The notes: generated from the sequence alone by a model not told the origin. Counted from the first letter of the whole stretch, positions 36,136 through 49,547 are shown. The stretch is 63,138 nucleotides of DNA, filler included, from Octopus bimaculoides (GCF_001194135.2; 4 parts of 3 records of this genome joined end to end with filler, not necessarily neighbours in it); one strand, 5' to 3'. Numbers and translations: made by a program.

Positions 36136-38744
36136 GTATATAGTTATGTAGTCTATAGTTATCTTCTTGATCAGGTTCAGAAGTGAGTCTCTGATTTGAT
36201 GGGTCCCTCTCTTGCTTCAACTCTGCAACCCTTGTCACAGCACTGTGACTAGTCTTAGTCTTAGTCTATTCTGTTGTAACTACCACAGGAAATGCTCTGA
36301 TGAACTTTCCCTCATAGTTTCAAATCCCTTTCTGCCATCTTCCCCGATTTGAAACTCAGAACATTTTCATCCGAATGCTGTTGTACTTCCATGAATAAGG
36401 AAATCTTTCAACTGTCGTAGCTTTTTCCCTCAAGCTACCATACTTTGGAACTCTCTTTCATCTCATTGTTTTCTTCCTTCTTAAGACCCGAGCTCTTTTT
36501 CAAGCCATTCCTTTCATTCTGATTTCTCCTTTGTAGTGTCATACTCTAAGTGGCCTCTCATCTTGTTTGGGATTTTCTTATAAAAAAGAAATTACAAAAC
36601 TGAAATAACAAATTAAACCAGGTGTGAGAGCATGATGTAATCTTTTTGACTCGTTGAAGTGTGGCATTGAAACCAGATCTTTGATGATTCTATGTTTGTG
36701 TGTGTGTGAATATATGTAGTCTGTCCAGTTCGTGTCAGCATAGAAAGCGGATGTAAAAAGATATATATCTATATTGTTTGTGTGTGTAGAGAGACAGAGA
36801 GGTGTGTGTAGAGAGACAGAGAGGTGTGTATATAAACTGACATTTTATTTATTTTTTCTTCCAGTTATATATTTTTCGCAATGGTGATCATCCATGTTGA
36901 ACATGGCGCTAAGTAGCTTTGTTACGCTGTCACACTAGATAACATTGTAAGTTCAAAACTATTCTCTCTTACCTTAATAACCTGCATGTTTTTATTTGTT
37001 GGGTAGCTCCAGGTAAACCTTGAAGGCACAGCCCTGTCAGCATGGAATTTGTGAGAGGTTTGGCTGTTTTTAGCAGATCAAATGGCTCCCTAGCTGTTCT
37101 CCATGGAGTTGTGATTCTTGATTTTGCTGTTGTTTAACACCGAGTCGGTCAGTCCTGATTGAGCAGGGTCATAATTAATTAAAGGCAATCCAGTTGTGGC
37201 TCTCCTATCTATTTATTGCCATGTATGGCTGGCTACATTATTTAGTGTGTTCTTTCCATATTTAGTAGTGGTAGTGTGTGGTTTCAGGAAGATTTGACTG
37301 CTATCTCTAGCAAGTTGAGTGACCATGTAGTGGCTGTTTGTCTTGTTTTAACATTATCCTGTCTTGGCAGCTGTGTTTGTGTGGTTGAATATGAATTGAT
37401 GTTTGTGGTAAGGGATTGAGTTAAACTGATGTTTAGGTGGGGTTGCTGTGGTAAACCCTAAGGAGCACTGAATTGAAGTGCCACCAGTTTTAAATGGATG
37501 AGGGCTCAGTCCCTTACCTTTTCAGGTAACCTTTCCCTTTGTGTAAGTCTCATTTGTTTTTATTTTTTACTTGTTCCATTCATTGGACTGTGGCCATACT
37601 GGGGCACCACTTTGAAGGGGTTTTTTCCTATTTTTGTTTTTCTGTTTTTCATCGCTGAACAAGTTGACTCTATACTTGCATTTTTTTAAAGCCTGGTACT
37701 TATTCTGTCAGTCTCTTTTACTGAACTGCTAAGTTGAGAGGATGTAAACACACCAACACTGGTTGTCAAGTAGTGATAAGACACACACACACACACAGTG
37801 GTTAGGCTGTTGCACTCGTGATCATTAGATCGTGGGTTTGATTCCCTGACTGGGTGGCACATTGTGTTCTTGAGCAAAACTCTTCATTTCACACATAAGC
37901 ACAATAGGCTTCTTTCAATTTCCGTCTACCAAATCCACTTACCAAATTCACTCACAAGGCTTTGGTCAGCCTGAGGCTATTGTACAAGACACTTGCCCAA
38001 GGTGCCATGCAGTGGAACTGAACCCAGAACCATGTGGTTGGGAAGCAAGCTTCTTACCATACAGCCATGCCTGCGATTATGTTCATACATAAACACAATA
38101 GGGCTTCTTTCAGTTTCTGTCTAGCAGATCCATTCACAAGGCTTTGGTCAACACTTGTATAGGGTGCCATGCAGTGGGACTGAACCTACAAGCGAAATTT
38201 TTCCACACAACCATGTCCATGCCTGCACACAGCCATTCCTGTGCCATAAATGTAAAGTTCTTGAACAATCACAGCACCGTCATTCTGACAAATAAAAAGG
38301 TTCTCTGTGAGAATTAGGGGCCCTAGAAATAGTTGCCAAATCTATCAGATCACACACCTCAGTCCTACTGAAAGAAAGAAAAGACACATAAGTGCACTGT
38401 CTGCGCAGACTAGATAGTCACATCTGGAATGCATTTAATCAGAAGTCTGTTCAATAATATTATTCTTATATTCACGGAATAACATTGATATTGTCTCTGA
38501 ATCCAAAATTTCTAGAGCAATTTCTTCAACTCTGGCACCATGACAAACAACATAATTCTTAGTGGCAGCAAATGGCAGCAAAAATGGTTTTCTTTTTGTT
38601 TTTTTTTCTCTCCTTTTTTTTGTTTGTTTGTTTGTTTAAATAGCATTTTATGTAATGTTTATTTGTTTCGTTATTTATTTTTCCATGTTTTTCCATTGTC
38701 TGACTTCATTTTTACCTCGTTCTCCCTGTCATCATTGCCGTCAT

Positions 38745-38930
38745 CATCTTCAGCATCATCTTATTGCCACCACCACCACCACCACCACCGCCACCATCAT
38801 CGCCGCCACTATTGCCATCATTGCCGCTGCCACTACCGTTCCTGCCATTGCTGCCGGGGCATCGTTATCTCTGCTATCGTTATCACCACCATTGTCACCA
38901 CTACCACCACCATCATCATCATCACCATCT
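38745..38930. repeat. Degenerate (CAC/CAT/GCC)n trinucleotide tract
   Basis: Direct reading. Confidence 0.9.
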
Positions 38931-39514
38931 GTTCATAAGAATTGTTTGTTATATCACCCCCCCCTCCTTTCCTCCTCGCCTACCGATTGCAGGATTTCTG
39001 CTGTTTCTTAACTGATTCCATCTGTTAATGTAAACATGTCAAACACCACATGGAAGTTCTGTCGTTTCTCTGTCCTTGGGCACGATGCAGTGAGTTGGTG
39101 AAAAGGCTGACATTTGCCTGGTTTTAAACTTTGCAGTTGCTTATTGTAACAAAAAAAAACAAACTATCCTCTAATTTTTGTGAATCTAACGTGGGAGACT
39201 CTACCGAGTTGCTTGACTTGCTGAAAATAGAGACCAAATCTCTTACAAATCACACTCTACCATATTGTCTTAAAAAATTGAAGTACACATTGGACCTCTT
39301 TCAATTTCCATCTACCAAATCCACTTGCAGGGGTTTGTTTGGCCTGGGACTATAGTAGAGACTTGCTATGGGACTGAACCCAGAACCATGTGGTTGAGAA
39401 GCAAGCTTCTTACCACGTAGCCATGCCTTCATGGCTGTGTGTATGTGTGCATTACCTCCGCTCTTGTGCATGCTTGCCCTGTCTTACACACATACCTGTC
39501 CTTGGTTGTATGTA

Positions 39515-39550
<36 letters not shown>

Positions 39551-40776
39551 GCATTTCCCTCCCTTTCACTCATGTGCCCTTTCTCCACATGAAACATTGC
39601 CCTCACACCTTCATGTNNNNNNNNNNNNNNNNNNNNNNNNNNNNNNNNNNNNNNNNNNNNNNNNNNNNNNNNNNNNNNNNNNNNNNNNNNNNNNNNNNNN
39701 NNNNNNNNNNNNNNNNNNNNNNNNNNNNNNNNNNNNNNNNNNNNNNNNNNNNNNNNNNNNNNNNNNNNNNNNNNNNNNNNNNNNNNNNNNNNNNNNNNNN
39801 NNNNNNNNNNNNNNNNNNNNNNNNNNNNNNNNNNNNNNNNNNNNNNNNNNNNNNNNNNNNNNNNNNNNNNNNNNNNNNNNNNNNNNNNNNNNNNNNNNNN
39901 NNNNNNNNNNNNNNNNNNNNNNNNNNNNNNNNNNNNNNNNNNTTCCTGTGTCCTTATGTTTACAAGGGGGAGACAAGCACCTCCACTTAGCTAAGCCTGC
40001 ATCCAGAGACATGTTTCTGAGTCTTTGCTTGTCATCAGTCTGGAGTAGCATGACCTGCTAGTTGGAGATGCCTGTCAAGCCCTTGTGAACATATAAGGAC
40101 ACAGGAAATGTGTCGAGGCCGACAAGAAGCTGCACCGCTTCCTAGGTCTAACCAAAAGTAGTATTATTCCCTTCATGGGACTGTCACATTAAGTTGACAG
40201 TATACAACTACTTCATCATATCACTACTGCATAAATCTCTCTGAGAAATTTAGAAATCTATTATTTCTAAACTTATTTTTTTTACTTTCACTTTTTGCTC
40301 TCTTTTTCTCCATACTTTTATCCCAACATAATCGTACACACACACAGAGTTGTCCTTAAATGCAAGCTGTTACATGTGCACACCATCACATGTCACCTGA
40401 TTTTCCCCACCTAAACTCGTTCTTCCTCCTCCTTCACATCAATACCTACTAACTTTCCTGCAATTGATAACATTAAAACGATCATCTATCTATCTATCTA
40501 TAGTCTATATTAGTTCTGACTGTACAGACTTATTGATTTTGTTTTTGTTTTTGTTTTCTGTTTTGTTTCTTAAGCACCACCACCACAGCTTAGCTCGTTT
40601 GTGGGCCTCCTTCTCTCTCTCTCATTCTGTCTGTGTGGCTTTTTCAATATCTATTTTTGCCATGAAGTCAGGGATGGGTCGTTGATGTCAGATAGGCCCA
40701 GGTCAGCCTTGGACGAGCAGACATAAGACCAAAGACTTTGGCTTATTTTTGACCATTCTGTCTTTTTGTCTGACAT

Positions 40777-40965
40777 AATGTATCTAGGACTACATTATCC
40801 AGTGTATCCTTATGTCCCAATATATCCAATGTATCCCTCAGTCATAATGTATCTAGGACTACGTTATCCAATGTGCCCATCATTCAGTGTATCTGGGACT
40901 ACATTATCCAATGTGCCCATTAGTCACAGTCCATCTAGGTCTACACTATCCAATGTGTCATTCCC
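40777..40965. repeat. Minisatellite, about 40-bp unit (ATGTATCTAGGACTACATTATCCAATGTG…), about 4 copies
   Basis: Direct reading. Confidence 0.8.
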
Positions 40966-42952
40966 TTTGTAAAATAGTTTCAACGACATTTAGCTGTTAT
41001 TTCTAGCAGATCAAATAACCATATAAAGATGTCCACATTGGTCCCAGTTTTTGTTTAACCACAAGTCCTTCCTGACTGAGTAGACCTTAATCAGATGCTC
41101 CACCTTTGACCACCGTCTTGTATCCACAGTGCAACTTGGACTACAACATCAAATGCGTCTTTATCACTTCCAGATGTTTGGGTGTGATCTGAGGGTGATT
41201 TCACAACTATTTCTAAGCATTTTGCCTGGTCTGCTAACAGTTCGGCCACTTGCTGCTTTCCACTTGAAATATCCCATGACCCTTTATGAAATAGCAAGGT
41301 TTTGAAACTTTGGGTTCGTATTGAAAAGGGTCAAACATCTGTACTCCAGCGGCAGCTCAGATTAACACTCACCCACTCCAACCTGCCATCGTTCTACCTC
41401 TACAAATAATTGCTGTTATTAAATTCCTGCTGATTGAAGTTGCATGGTTCAGTGGTTAGAGCATTGGGTAGATTTGGTAGACAGAGACTGAAAGAAGCCC
41501 ATTGTGTGTCTGTCTGTCTCCCCGCACCCACCATTGTTTGAGAACCGATGTTGGTGTGTTTACGTCCACATAACTTAGCGATAGAATAAGTACTAGGCTT
41601 ACAAAGAATAATTCTGTGGTCGATTTGTTTGACTAAAAAACATTTAAGGTGGTGCTACAGCCTGGCCGCAGTCAAATGACTGAAACAAGTAAAAGAATAA
41701 AAATATATATATATATATATATATATATACACNNNNNNNNNNNNNNNNNNNNNNNNNNNNNNNNNNNNNNNNNNNNNNNNNNNNNNNNNNNNNNNNNNNN
41801 NNNNNNNNNNNNNNNNNNNNNNNNNNNNNNNNNNNNNNNNNNNNNNNNNNNNNNNNNNNNNNNNNNNNNNNNNNNNNNNNNNNNNNNNNNNNNNNNNNNN
41901 NNNNNNNNNNNNNNNNNNNNNNNNNNNNNNNNNNNNNNNNNNNNNNNNNNNNNNNNNNNNNNNNNNNNNNNNNNNNNNNNNNNNNNNNNNNNNNNNNNNN
42001 NNNNNNNNNNNNNNNNNNNNNNNNNNNNNNNNNNNNNNNNNNNNNNNNNNNNNNNNNNNNNNNNNNNNNNNNNNNNNNNNNNNNNNNNNNNNNNNNNNNN
42101 NNNNNNNNNNNNNNNNNNNNNNNNNNNNNNNNNNNNNNNNNNNNNNNNNNNNNNNNNNNNNNNNNNNNNNNNNNNNNNNNNNNNNNNNNNNNNNNNNNNN
42201 NNNNNNNNNNNNNNNNNNNNNNNNNNNNNNNNNNNNNNNNNNNNNNNNNNNNNNNNNNNNNNNNNNNNNNNNNNNNNNNNNNNNNNNNNNNNNNNNNNNN
42301 NNNNNNNNNNNNNNNNNNNNNNNNNNNNNGTTATCTTCCATGTGTCTGACAATCTGCCTTTGTTCTTTGTCTTGCATTGTATCTCATGTGGTCGTGGGGG
42401 GAGGGGGGATCGGAGCGAGAGGATTGTTTGTGATGGTTGTCATGGCAACGGTCCTCTCTTGTTTTCTCTCCTCTTTCTCACCCTGGTCTGGCCCTTCCTC
42501 TTTCTCACCCCTCAACGCACCTTGTTCTCCATCACATCTCTCTTTGTCTATATATAAATACACTCACACACACACACACACACACGAATGTATATTGATG
42601 TACATACATAACTGCCCACACGAAGATATATATATACATATATACACATGTATATATACACACATCCACATATGATCGTTCATATCAACAGTGTTTTTCC
42701 TATTCAGTTGCGGGTTCTGTTTAATAAGTAATTTCTGTCTCCATTCACTCATGTTAATGCATTAAACCACAAAAATCACTCCTCCTTCATCTACTCGGAG
42801 AATATTCTCTCTCTATATATCTCTCTGTCTCTTTTTCTCTATATCTCTCTGTCTCTCTCTCTCCCTATATCTCTCTGTCTCTATATATCTCTGTCTCTCT
42901 CTCTATATATATATATCTGTCTTTCTCTCTATATCTCTGTCTCTCTCTCTCC

Positions 42953-43023
<71 letters not shown>

Positions 43024-43351
43024 GTACCTTTTTAGTAGTTTGGAGTCATTGGACTGTGGCCATGCTGGGGCACTACCTTGATGGGATTAGTCAAATAAAT
43101 CAGCCCCAGTACATTCCTTTTGTTAAGCCTGTTACTTATTCCATCAGTGTCTTTTGGCAAACCACTAAGTTACGGGGACATGAACAAACCACCACTGGTT
43201 GTCAAGTGTTGGTGGAGGACAAAAGTAAATCCAAAGACACATGTAAATATGTACACATGCACGTGTGTATATGCACACACATACACACACACATATGATT
43301 GGCTTCTTTCAGTTTCCATGTACCAAATCCACTCAATGACACGCACACGTG

Positions 43352-43393
<42 letters not shown>

Positions 43394-43483
43394 ATTCTTT
43401 TATGTTTCAGCCCTAAGGCTGTGGCCATGCTGGGGTACCGCCATATATATATATGTACATGGGCTTCTTTCAGNNNNNNNNNN

Positions 43484-43530
<47 letters not shown>

Positions 43531-43851
43531 TGAATTACACACCTGTTTAACACTGTACCTGGTTCCATATGATTGATTGGCCAATAATTGTTTCCTAGTA
43601 GCTTCCTCTTCTTCCCCGACCTCTCCTGCCCCGCCATCTTTGGTTGCTGATGTTAATGCTGTCGCTGCAAGTTCTTTGTCTATGTGGCACCAGGGTGGGA
43701 GGTGAAAGTGATCAGGGTAGTGGCGTGGAGTATGGACCACTACACCAGTATGGTCACCTGTATTACCTGGTACATGGGTACCAGTCAGACAGCATTGGCA
43801 TCAGCCACTACTACAACTTCACTTGACTCAACAGGTCTTCTCAAGCACATA

Positions 43852-44343
43852 CTGTAAATCCTCGAGTATAAACCGCATTTTTCCCCCAAAGTTTAAAGGT
43901 CAAAATCCCTAGTGCGTACTATATGCGAGGTTAAAAATGAAAAATATTTTCTAAGCAATGTCCGAATCTCTATTTGCTGCCCGGCAATGTTTATTCAGAC
44001 GCATTTTGTGATGTTGGGCTTGTAACTAATAGTGATAAATATGTAAAGGTAATTTACTTAATATTTATTTTTCACTGACGTTAATTACTGTTATTTCTTT
44101 ATTTTCTGCAAACAAAGTGCACAAAAAAGCTACACGTTCGAATTATATTATATATACAATAATAATAATAAAGGACGTTACCGTATATATGTTTACAAAC
44201 CAAGGACGTTATATAGACCTCCTTGACTCAAGTTAGAGAAGGGGTGCGTATTATACACAAGGTTTAGGTTTTTCAGAGGTACAGCCCCCTAAAAATCCCC
44301 TGCGTATTATATGCAAGGGCGGACTATACTCGAGGATTTACGG
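43852..44343. mobile_element. TA-flanked MITE (492 bp) with Tc2/pogo-like termini
   Basis: TA-CTGTAAATCCTCGAGTATA … TATACTCGAGGATTTACGG-TA; internal GCGTA(C/T)TATA subterminal repeats. Confidence 0.85.
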
Positions 44344-44537
44344 TATATATATATTTAAAATATACACACACATACATATTCTTTGTTGGTGCTGTAAATT
44401 ACCACTGGGTTATTTACTAAAATACTTGAATTTCATATTTTCATTTGCCAAACATATATTTATTGAAAGATGTCTTCTAAAATAACTTTTTATGTTTTTC
44501 AGACATGATCTGTTGAACTAAAAGCAAAGCTGTGAAG

Positions 44538-45334
44538 ATGAAAGGGAAGGACAAAGAAGTCGTCTCCACAACTTCGAGTTCGTCGAAGAGTTCAGAAAAG
44601 AGGAAGAGTTCTGCTCGTTTCTCTCTCAGGCGGATATTCTACTCGCACCACCGGCGCTCCAAATCGCAGGCCAGCATCGATTTGGACAGCCGCTCTGAGA
44701 GCAGCATCACCAATACCAACCTCATTGACAACAAATACAGCAGAACTGGGCATTCATCGTCCTCTTCATCTTCAGATTCCTTACCCGTGTCGTCGTATCC
44801 CACACAGAATGTCTACTTATCAGAGGCCTCAACACAGCCAGCAACACACCTACTCCAAGACGCAACCCAACAGCAACAACAACAACAACAGCAGCAACAA
44901 AATCTACAACAGCAGCAACAACAACTACAACAACTACAAAATCTACAACAGCAACAAAATCAACTGCTACAGCAGCAAAATCAGCAGCCACAACAACAAC
45001 AACAGCAGCAGCAACAACAACAATCGCAGCAATCGAGTGCCCCTGAACGGGAATGTCCGCTATGTCTATCCGAATATCCTGAAGAGCTCTACCCTAATAT
45101 TAGCACCTGTTTTCATCGCTCGTGTATTGACTGCCTTAAACAATATCTCCGGATTGAGATTATGGAAAGCCGGGTGAATATTGCCTGCCCCGAGTGTGCA
45201 GAGCGTTTCCACCCGAATGACATAAAAATGATACTTAAGGACCCAGTCCTCATACAGAAGTATGAAGACTTTATGGTCCGGCGGGTACTGGTTTCAAACC
45301 CTGATGCAAGATGGTGCCCTGCTCCAAATTGTGG
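44538..45334 (+). CDS. RNF19: RNF19-family RBR E3 ubiquitin ligase, first coding exon (Ser-rich N-terminus, polyQ, RING1, start of IBR); gene continues beyond visible exons
   Basis: CPLC…[43 protein letters not shown]…[26 protein letters not shown] matches the RNF19A/B RING1-IBR sequence. Acceptor TTTTTCAG at 44502, first ATG 44538, donor GG|GTGAGT at 45335 (phase 2). Confidence 0.95.
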
Positions 45335-45471
45335 GTGAGTTGCGCATTCCGAAATTTTAAAAAATTTTGTTTGTCATTTCATATATTTTGTTTCATTTCT
45401 TTGTTTTTGTTTTAGTATATATTGTATATATTGCATGGTGTGAGTGAAGTGAATGCCTGTCTACATCTCTA

Positions 45472-45568
45472 CTCTCCCTTCCCGCTCTCCCTTCCCGCTC
45501 TCCCTTCCCGCTCTCCCTTCCCGCTCTCCCTTCCCGCTCTCCCTTCCCGCTCTCCTTTCCCGCTCTCC
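45472..45568. repeat. 13-bp minisatellite (CTTCCCGCTCTCC) x about 7
   Basis: Direct reading. Confidence 0.95.
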
Positions 45569-45673
45569 TGAACCTCCTGACATGGCCATCCTCCCTCTAT
45601 CTACTTAGTGTCCTGAGGCTATGTTCTAAAACTGCACCACCATCCTTTCTTCCTTTTCAGCTAGGGTAACCTT

Positions 45674-45975
45674 GGGGAGGCATGTGGCTTAGTGGTTAGG
45701 GTGCTGGATTCACAATCATAAGATTGTGGTTTCAATCCCTGGACCAGGTGATGCATTGTATTCTTGAGCAAAACACTCCACTTCACATTGCTCCAGTCCA
45801 CTCAGCTGTAGAAACGAGTACCACTAGTGGAGGCATGTGGTTTAGTGGTTAGGATGTTGGATTCACGACCATAAGATTGTGGTTTCAATCCCTGGACCGA
45901 GCAATCTGTTGTGTTCTTGAGCAAAACGCTTCATTTCATGTTGCTCCAGTCCACACAGCTGACAAAAACGAGTTT
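45674..45975 (+). mobile_element. Two tandem CpG-decayed SINE head+core modules
   Basis: GGAGGCATGTGG(C/T)TTAGTGGTTAGG…GTTTCAATCCCTGGACC…TTGAGCAAAAC at 45674 and 45828. Confidence 0.8.
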
Positions 45976-48452
45976 AGCCTGGAGGGGGATGGGCTCCACC
46001 AAGCTTTCTTGCTATAGATGTGCAGCTGGGCTGTAATGCCCCCAATGACCCCCAAGGAGTTTTTAGGGAGTTGTTGTTGTCAATCATGTATCTCCTCTAC
46101 AGTCAGACACCTTCCTGTTCCTCCGTCATACATTAATCTCTCAACACCAAGCACAAAGCCCCCTCCCCTCAAGACTGCATCACCTTACTATGCCGAGGGG
46201 CCTTGTATTGCGAGTTACTCTGTAACCTCACTAATGCTGGTGCCACGTAAAAAGCACCCAGTACACTGTGTAAAGTGGTTGGTGTCAGGAAGGGCATCCA
46301 GGCATAGAAACCAGTCTAAAATGAATTAGACTGGAGCTCAGTCTAGTTATTATATCCTGTTGAACTGGCCAACCCATGCCAGCTGCATGATGGACATTCA
46401 GTAGTAATGATAATGACGATGAGTCAAGCATTTGTGAACAATAACATTCTTGGAAATTTCTGCTTATTTATGTACACACAACCATTGCGGTGTTTGGTTA
46501 CAATTAAGTGTAATTTATTCCTTTTGATACAGAACCACTTGCGACCACCACTCCTCTCGATGATAGAAAGATAACATCTGTTTTAATCGTTTGTCATTTG
46601 TTTACTCACTCAGTTATTGTGCTTATTCGTTCACATGGCTTTGCATTAATCATGCATTATCTCATAGCTTCGAAATTTTAATGAGGTAATTATTTTTAGT
46701 ACAATATTGTAGGGTAGGTGTAAGAGGCTGGATCTGGCCAGTTTGAACTTAAAATAGAATATTTGGGCCAGATTTGGCTGGTTTAAATGCTAAAGGGTTA
46801 AAATATTTGGATTTAAATAACTTAACATAATATTTCTGTTAGGTTATGTTTGATATATTTTGTATGTTATTCTTCCAAATACCAGTTTAGTAATAATGGT
46901 TTCAAATTTTGCCACAATGGCAGCCATTTTGGGGGAGGGGGCTAATTGATTACATCGACCCCAGTGTTTCTCTGGTACTTAATTTATCGACCCCCACCCG
47001 AAAAAAAAAGGATGAAAGATAAAGCTGACCCCGGCAGAATTTGAACTCAGAACGTAGCAATGGGTAGGTTGGAGAGTTCAGATCTGGCTGGTTTGAACAT
47101 GAAACAGGTAGGCTATAAGGACAGTCTCAGGTGGGTTGGTACCAAAATGGTTAAAGTATTGTACAGGTGAGTGTGTATAAGACAGTGAGCAGAGTAAGAG
47201 GTCAGTGGTTTGTGTATTTTGTGTTTCGTTACAGGTATCGTCCTGTGTTCGTGGTCAAGTTGCATTAATGCATCAATGGAGATGTTTTCACCCTGACCAT
47301 AGATAATACATGTACCCTTCTGTTTGCTTGCAAATATGTGTGTGCTTGGAGATGTGTGTGTGTGTACTCACTTGTGGACGTGTGTGTGTGTGTGTGTGTG
47401 TGGATATGTGTGTATGTGTCTGCCCACTTGTGGTTATGTGAGTGTGCGCGCTTATGGTTATGCATGTTTGTGCATGCATACATNNNNNNNNNNNNNNNNN
47501 NNNNNNNNNNNNNNNNNNNNNNNNNNNNNNNNNNNNNNNNNNNNNNNNNNNNNNNNNNNNNNNNNNNNNNNNNNNNNNNNNNNNNNNNNNNNNNNNNNNN
47601 NNNNNNNNNNNNNNNNNNNNNNNNNNNNNNNNNNNNNNNNNNNNNNNNNNNNNNNNNNNNNNNNNNNNNNNNNNNNNNNNNNNNNNNNNNNNNNNNNNNN
47701 NNNNNNNNNNNNNNNNNNNNNNNNNNNNNNNNNNNNNNNNNNNNNNNNNNNNNNNNNNNNNNNNNNNNNNNNNNNNNNNNNNNNNNNNNNNNNNNNNNNN
47801 NNNNNNNNNNNNNNNNNNNNNNNNNNNNNNNNNNNNNNNNNNNNNNNNNNNNNNNNNNNNNNNNNNNNNNNNNNNNNNNNNNNNNNNNNNNNNNNNNNNN
47901 NNNNNNNNNNNNNNNNNNNNNNNNNNNNNNNNNNNNNNNNNNNNNNNNNNNNNNNNNNNNNNNNNNNNNNNNNNNNNNNNNNNNNNNNNNNNNNNNNNNN
48001 NNNNNNNNNNNNNNNNNNNNNNNNNNNNNNNNNNNNNNNNNNNNNNNNNNNNNNNNNNNNNNNNNNNNNNNNNNNNNNNNNNNNNNNNNNNNNNNNNNNN
48101 NNNNNNNNNNNNNNNNNNNNNNNNNNNNNNNNNNNNNNNNNNNNNNNNNNNNNNNNNNNNNNNNNNNNNNNNNNNNNNNNNNNNNNNNNNNNNNNNNNNN
48201 NNNNNNNNNNNNNNNNNNNNNNNNNNNNNNNNNNNNNNNNNNNNNNNNNNNNNNNNNNNNNNNNNNNNNNNNNNNNNNNNNNNNNNNNNNNNNNNNNNNN
48301 NNNNNNNNNNNNNNNNNNNNNNNNNNNNNNNNNNNNNNNNATATATATATATACACACACACATATATATATATATACACACACACATATATATATATAT
48401 ACACACACACACATATATATATATATACACACACACACATATATATATACAT

Positions 48453-48493
<41 letters not shown>

Positions 48494-48933
48494 CATACAC
48501 ACACACACACACACATATACGTGTGTGAGTGTATTCGTTTCTTCTTTTGTTTGTTTCAGTCATTTGACTGCGGCCATGCTAGAGCACTGCTTTAAAGGGT
48601 ATTAGTTAAAGAAATCAACCCCAGGAAATTATTCTTTGTAAGCCTAGTACTTATTCTATCAGTCTCTTTCACTGAACCACTAAGTTATGAGGACATAAAC
48701 ACACCAGTGTCGGTTGTGAAGCAATGGCGGGGACATACACACAAATACACACAAATACATACATACAGTTTCTGTCTACCAATTCCACCCACAAGGCTTT
48801 GGTCGGCCCAAGGCTATAGTAGAAGACACTTGCCCAAGGTACCATGCAGTAGGACTGAACCCGGGACCATGTGGTTGGGAAGCATGCTTCTTACCACACA
48901 GCTACGCAATATATATATATATATATATATATA

Positions 48934-49033
48934 NNNNNNNNNNNNNNNNNNNNNNNNNNNNNNNNNNNNNNNNNNNNTTAATTAATTAANNNNNNNNNNN
49001 NNNNNNNNNNNNNNNNNNNNNNNNNNNNNNNNN
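48934..49033. other. Artificial 100-bp scaffold linker 44N-TTAATTAATTAA-44N
   Basis: Same structure as 30574-30673. Confidence 0.95.
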
Positions 49034-49036
49034 ATA

Positions 49037-49393
49037 CTTGGGTTGGACAAAATATTGGAAACACCTAGCATCATACCAACATAATTTTGAAATATCTATA
49101 AAACCGTCAAAACCTTGTTTGTTTTTGGTTGTTTGATTTTTATTAGTGTTGCTTAGTATGTTTTGCTAAAATTGCTGTTTCTTTTCAGACATCATCAGAA
49201 AAATGTAATTAAAATTCATTGAAATGACAGATCTATCGGGCTTTCAAAGGGGTCCAATTGTTGGCGTTCGTATGGCAGTCGCTAGCGTAACGATAACAGC
49301 CGAAATGTTTGGTGTATCAAGAAGTACTGTCTCGAAAGTAATGACAGCCTTCGAGAAAGAGGGTAAAACCTCCTCCTTGAAACAAAACTCCGG
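49037..49393 (+). mobile_element. 5' fragment of a Tc1-like element (TIR, leader, HTH)
   Basis: TA-CTTGGGTTGGACAAAATATTGGAAACACCT; MTDLSGFQRGPIVGVRMAVASVTITAEMFGVSRSTVSKVM…KQNSG, then breaks off. Confidence 0.85.
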
Positions 49394-49482
49394 TAAATAT
49401 TGTTCAGCAAATTTAATTATGGAACTTTTCTTCTTTATTTACATATTCCCTCCAGATGAGTCATAGCAATCCTAATATTATC

Positions 49483-49547
<65 letters not shown>

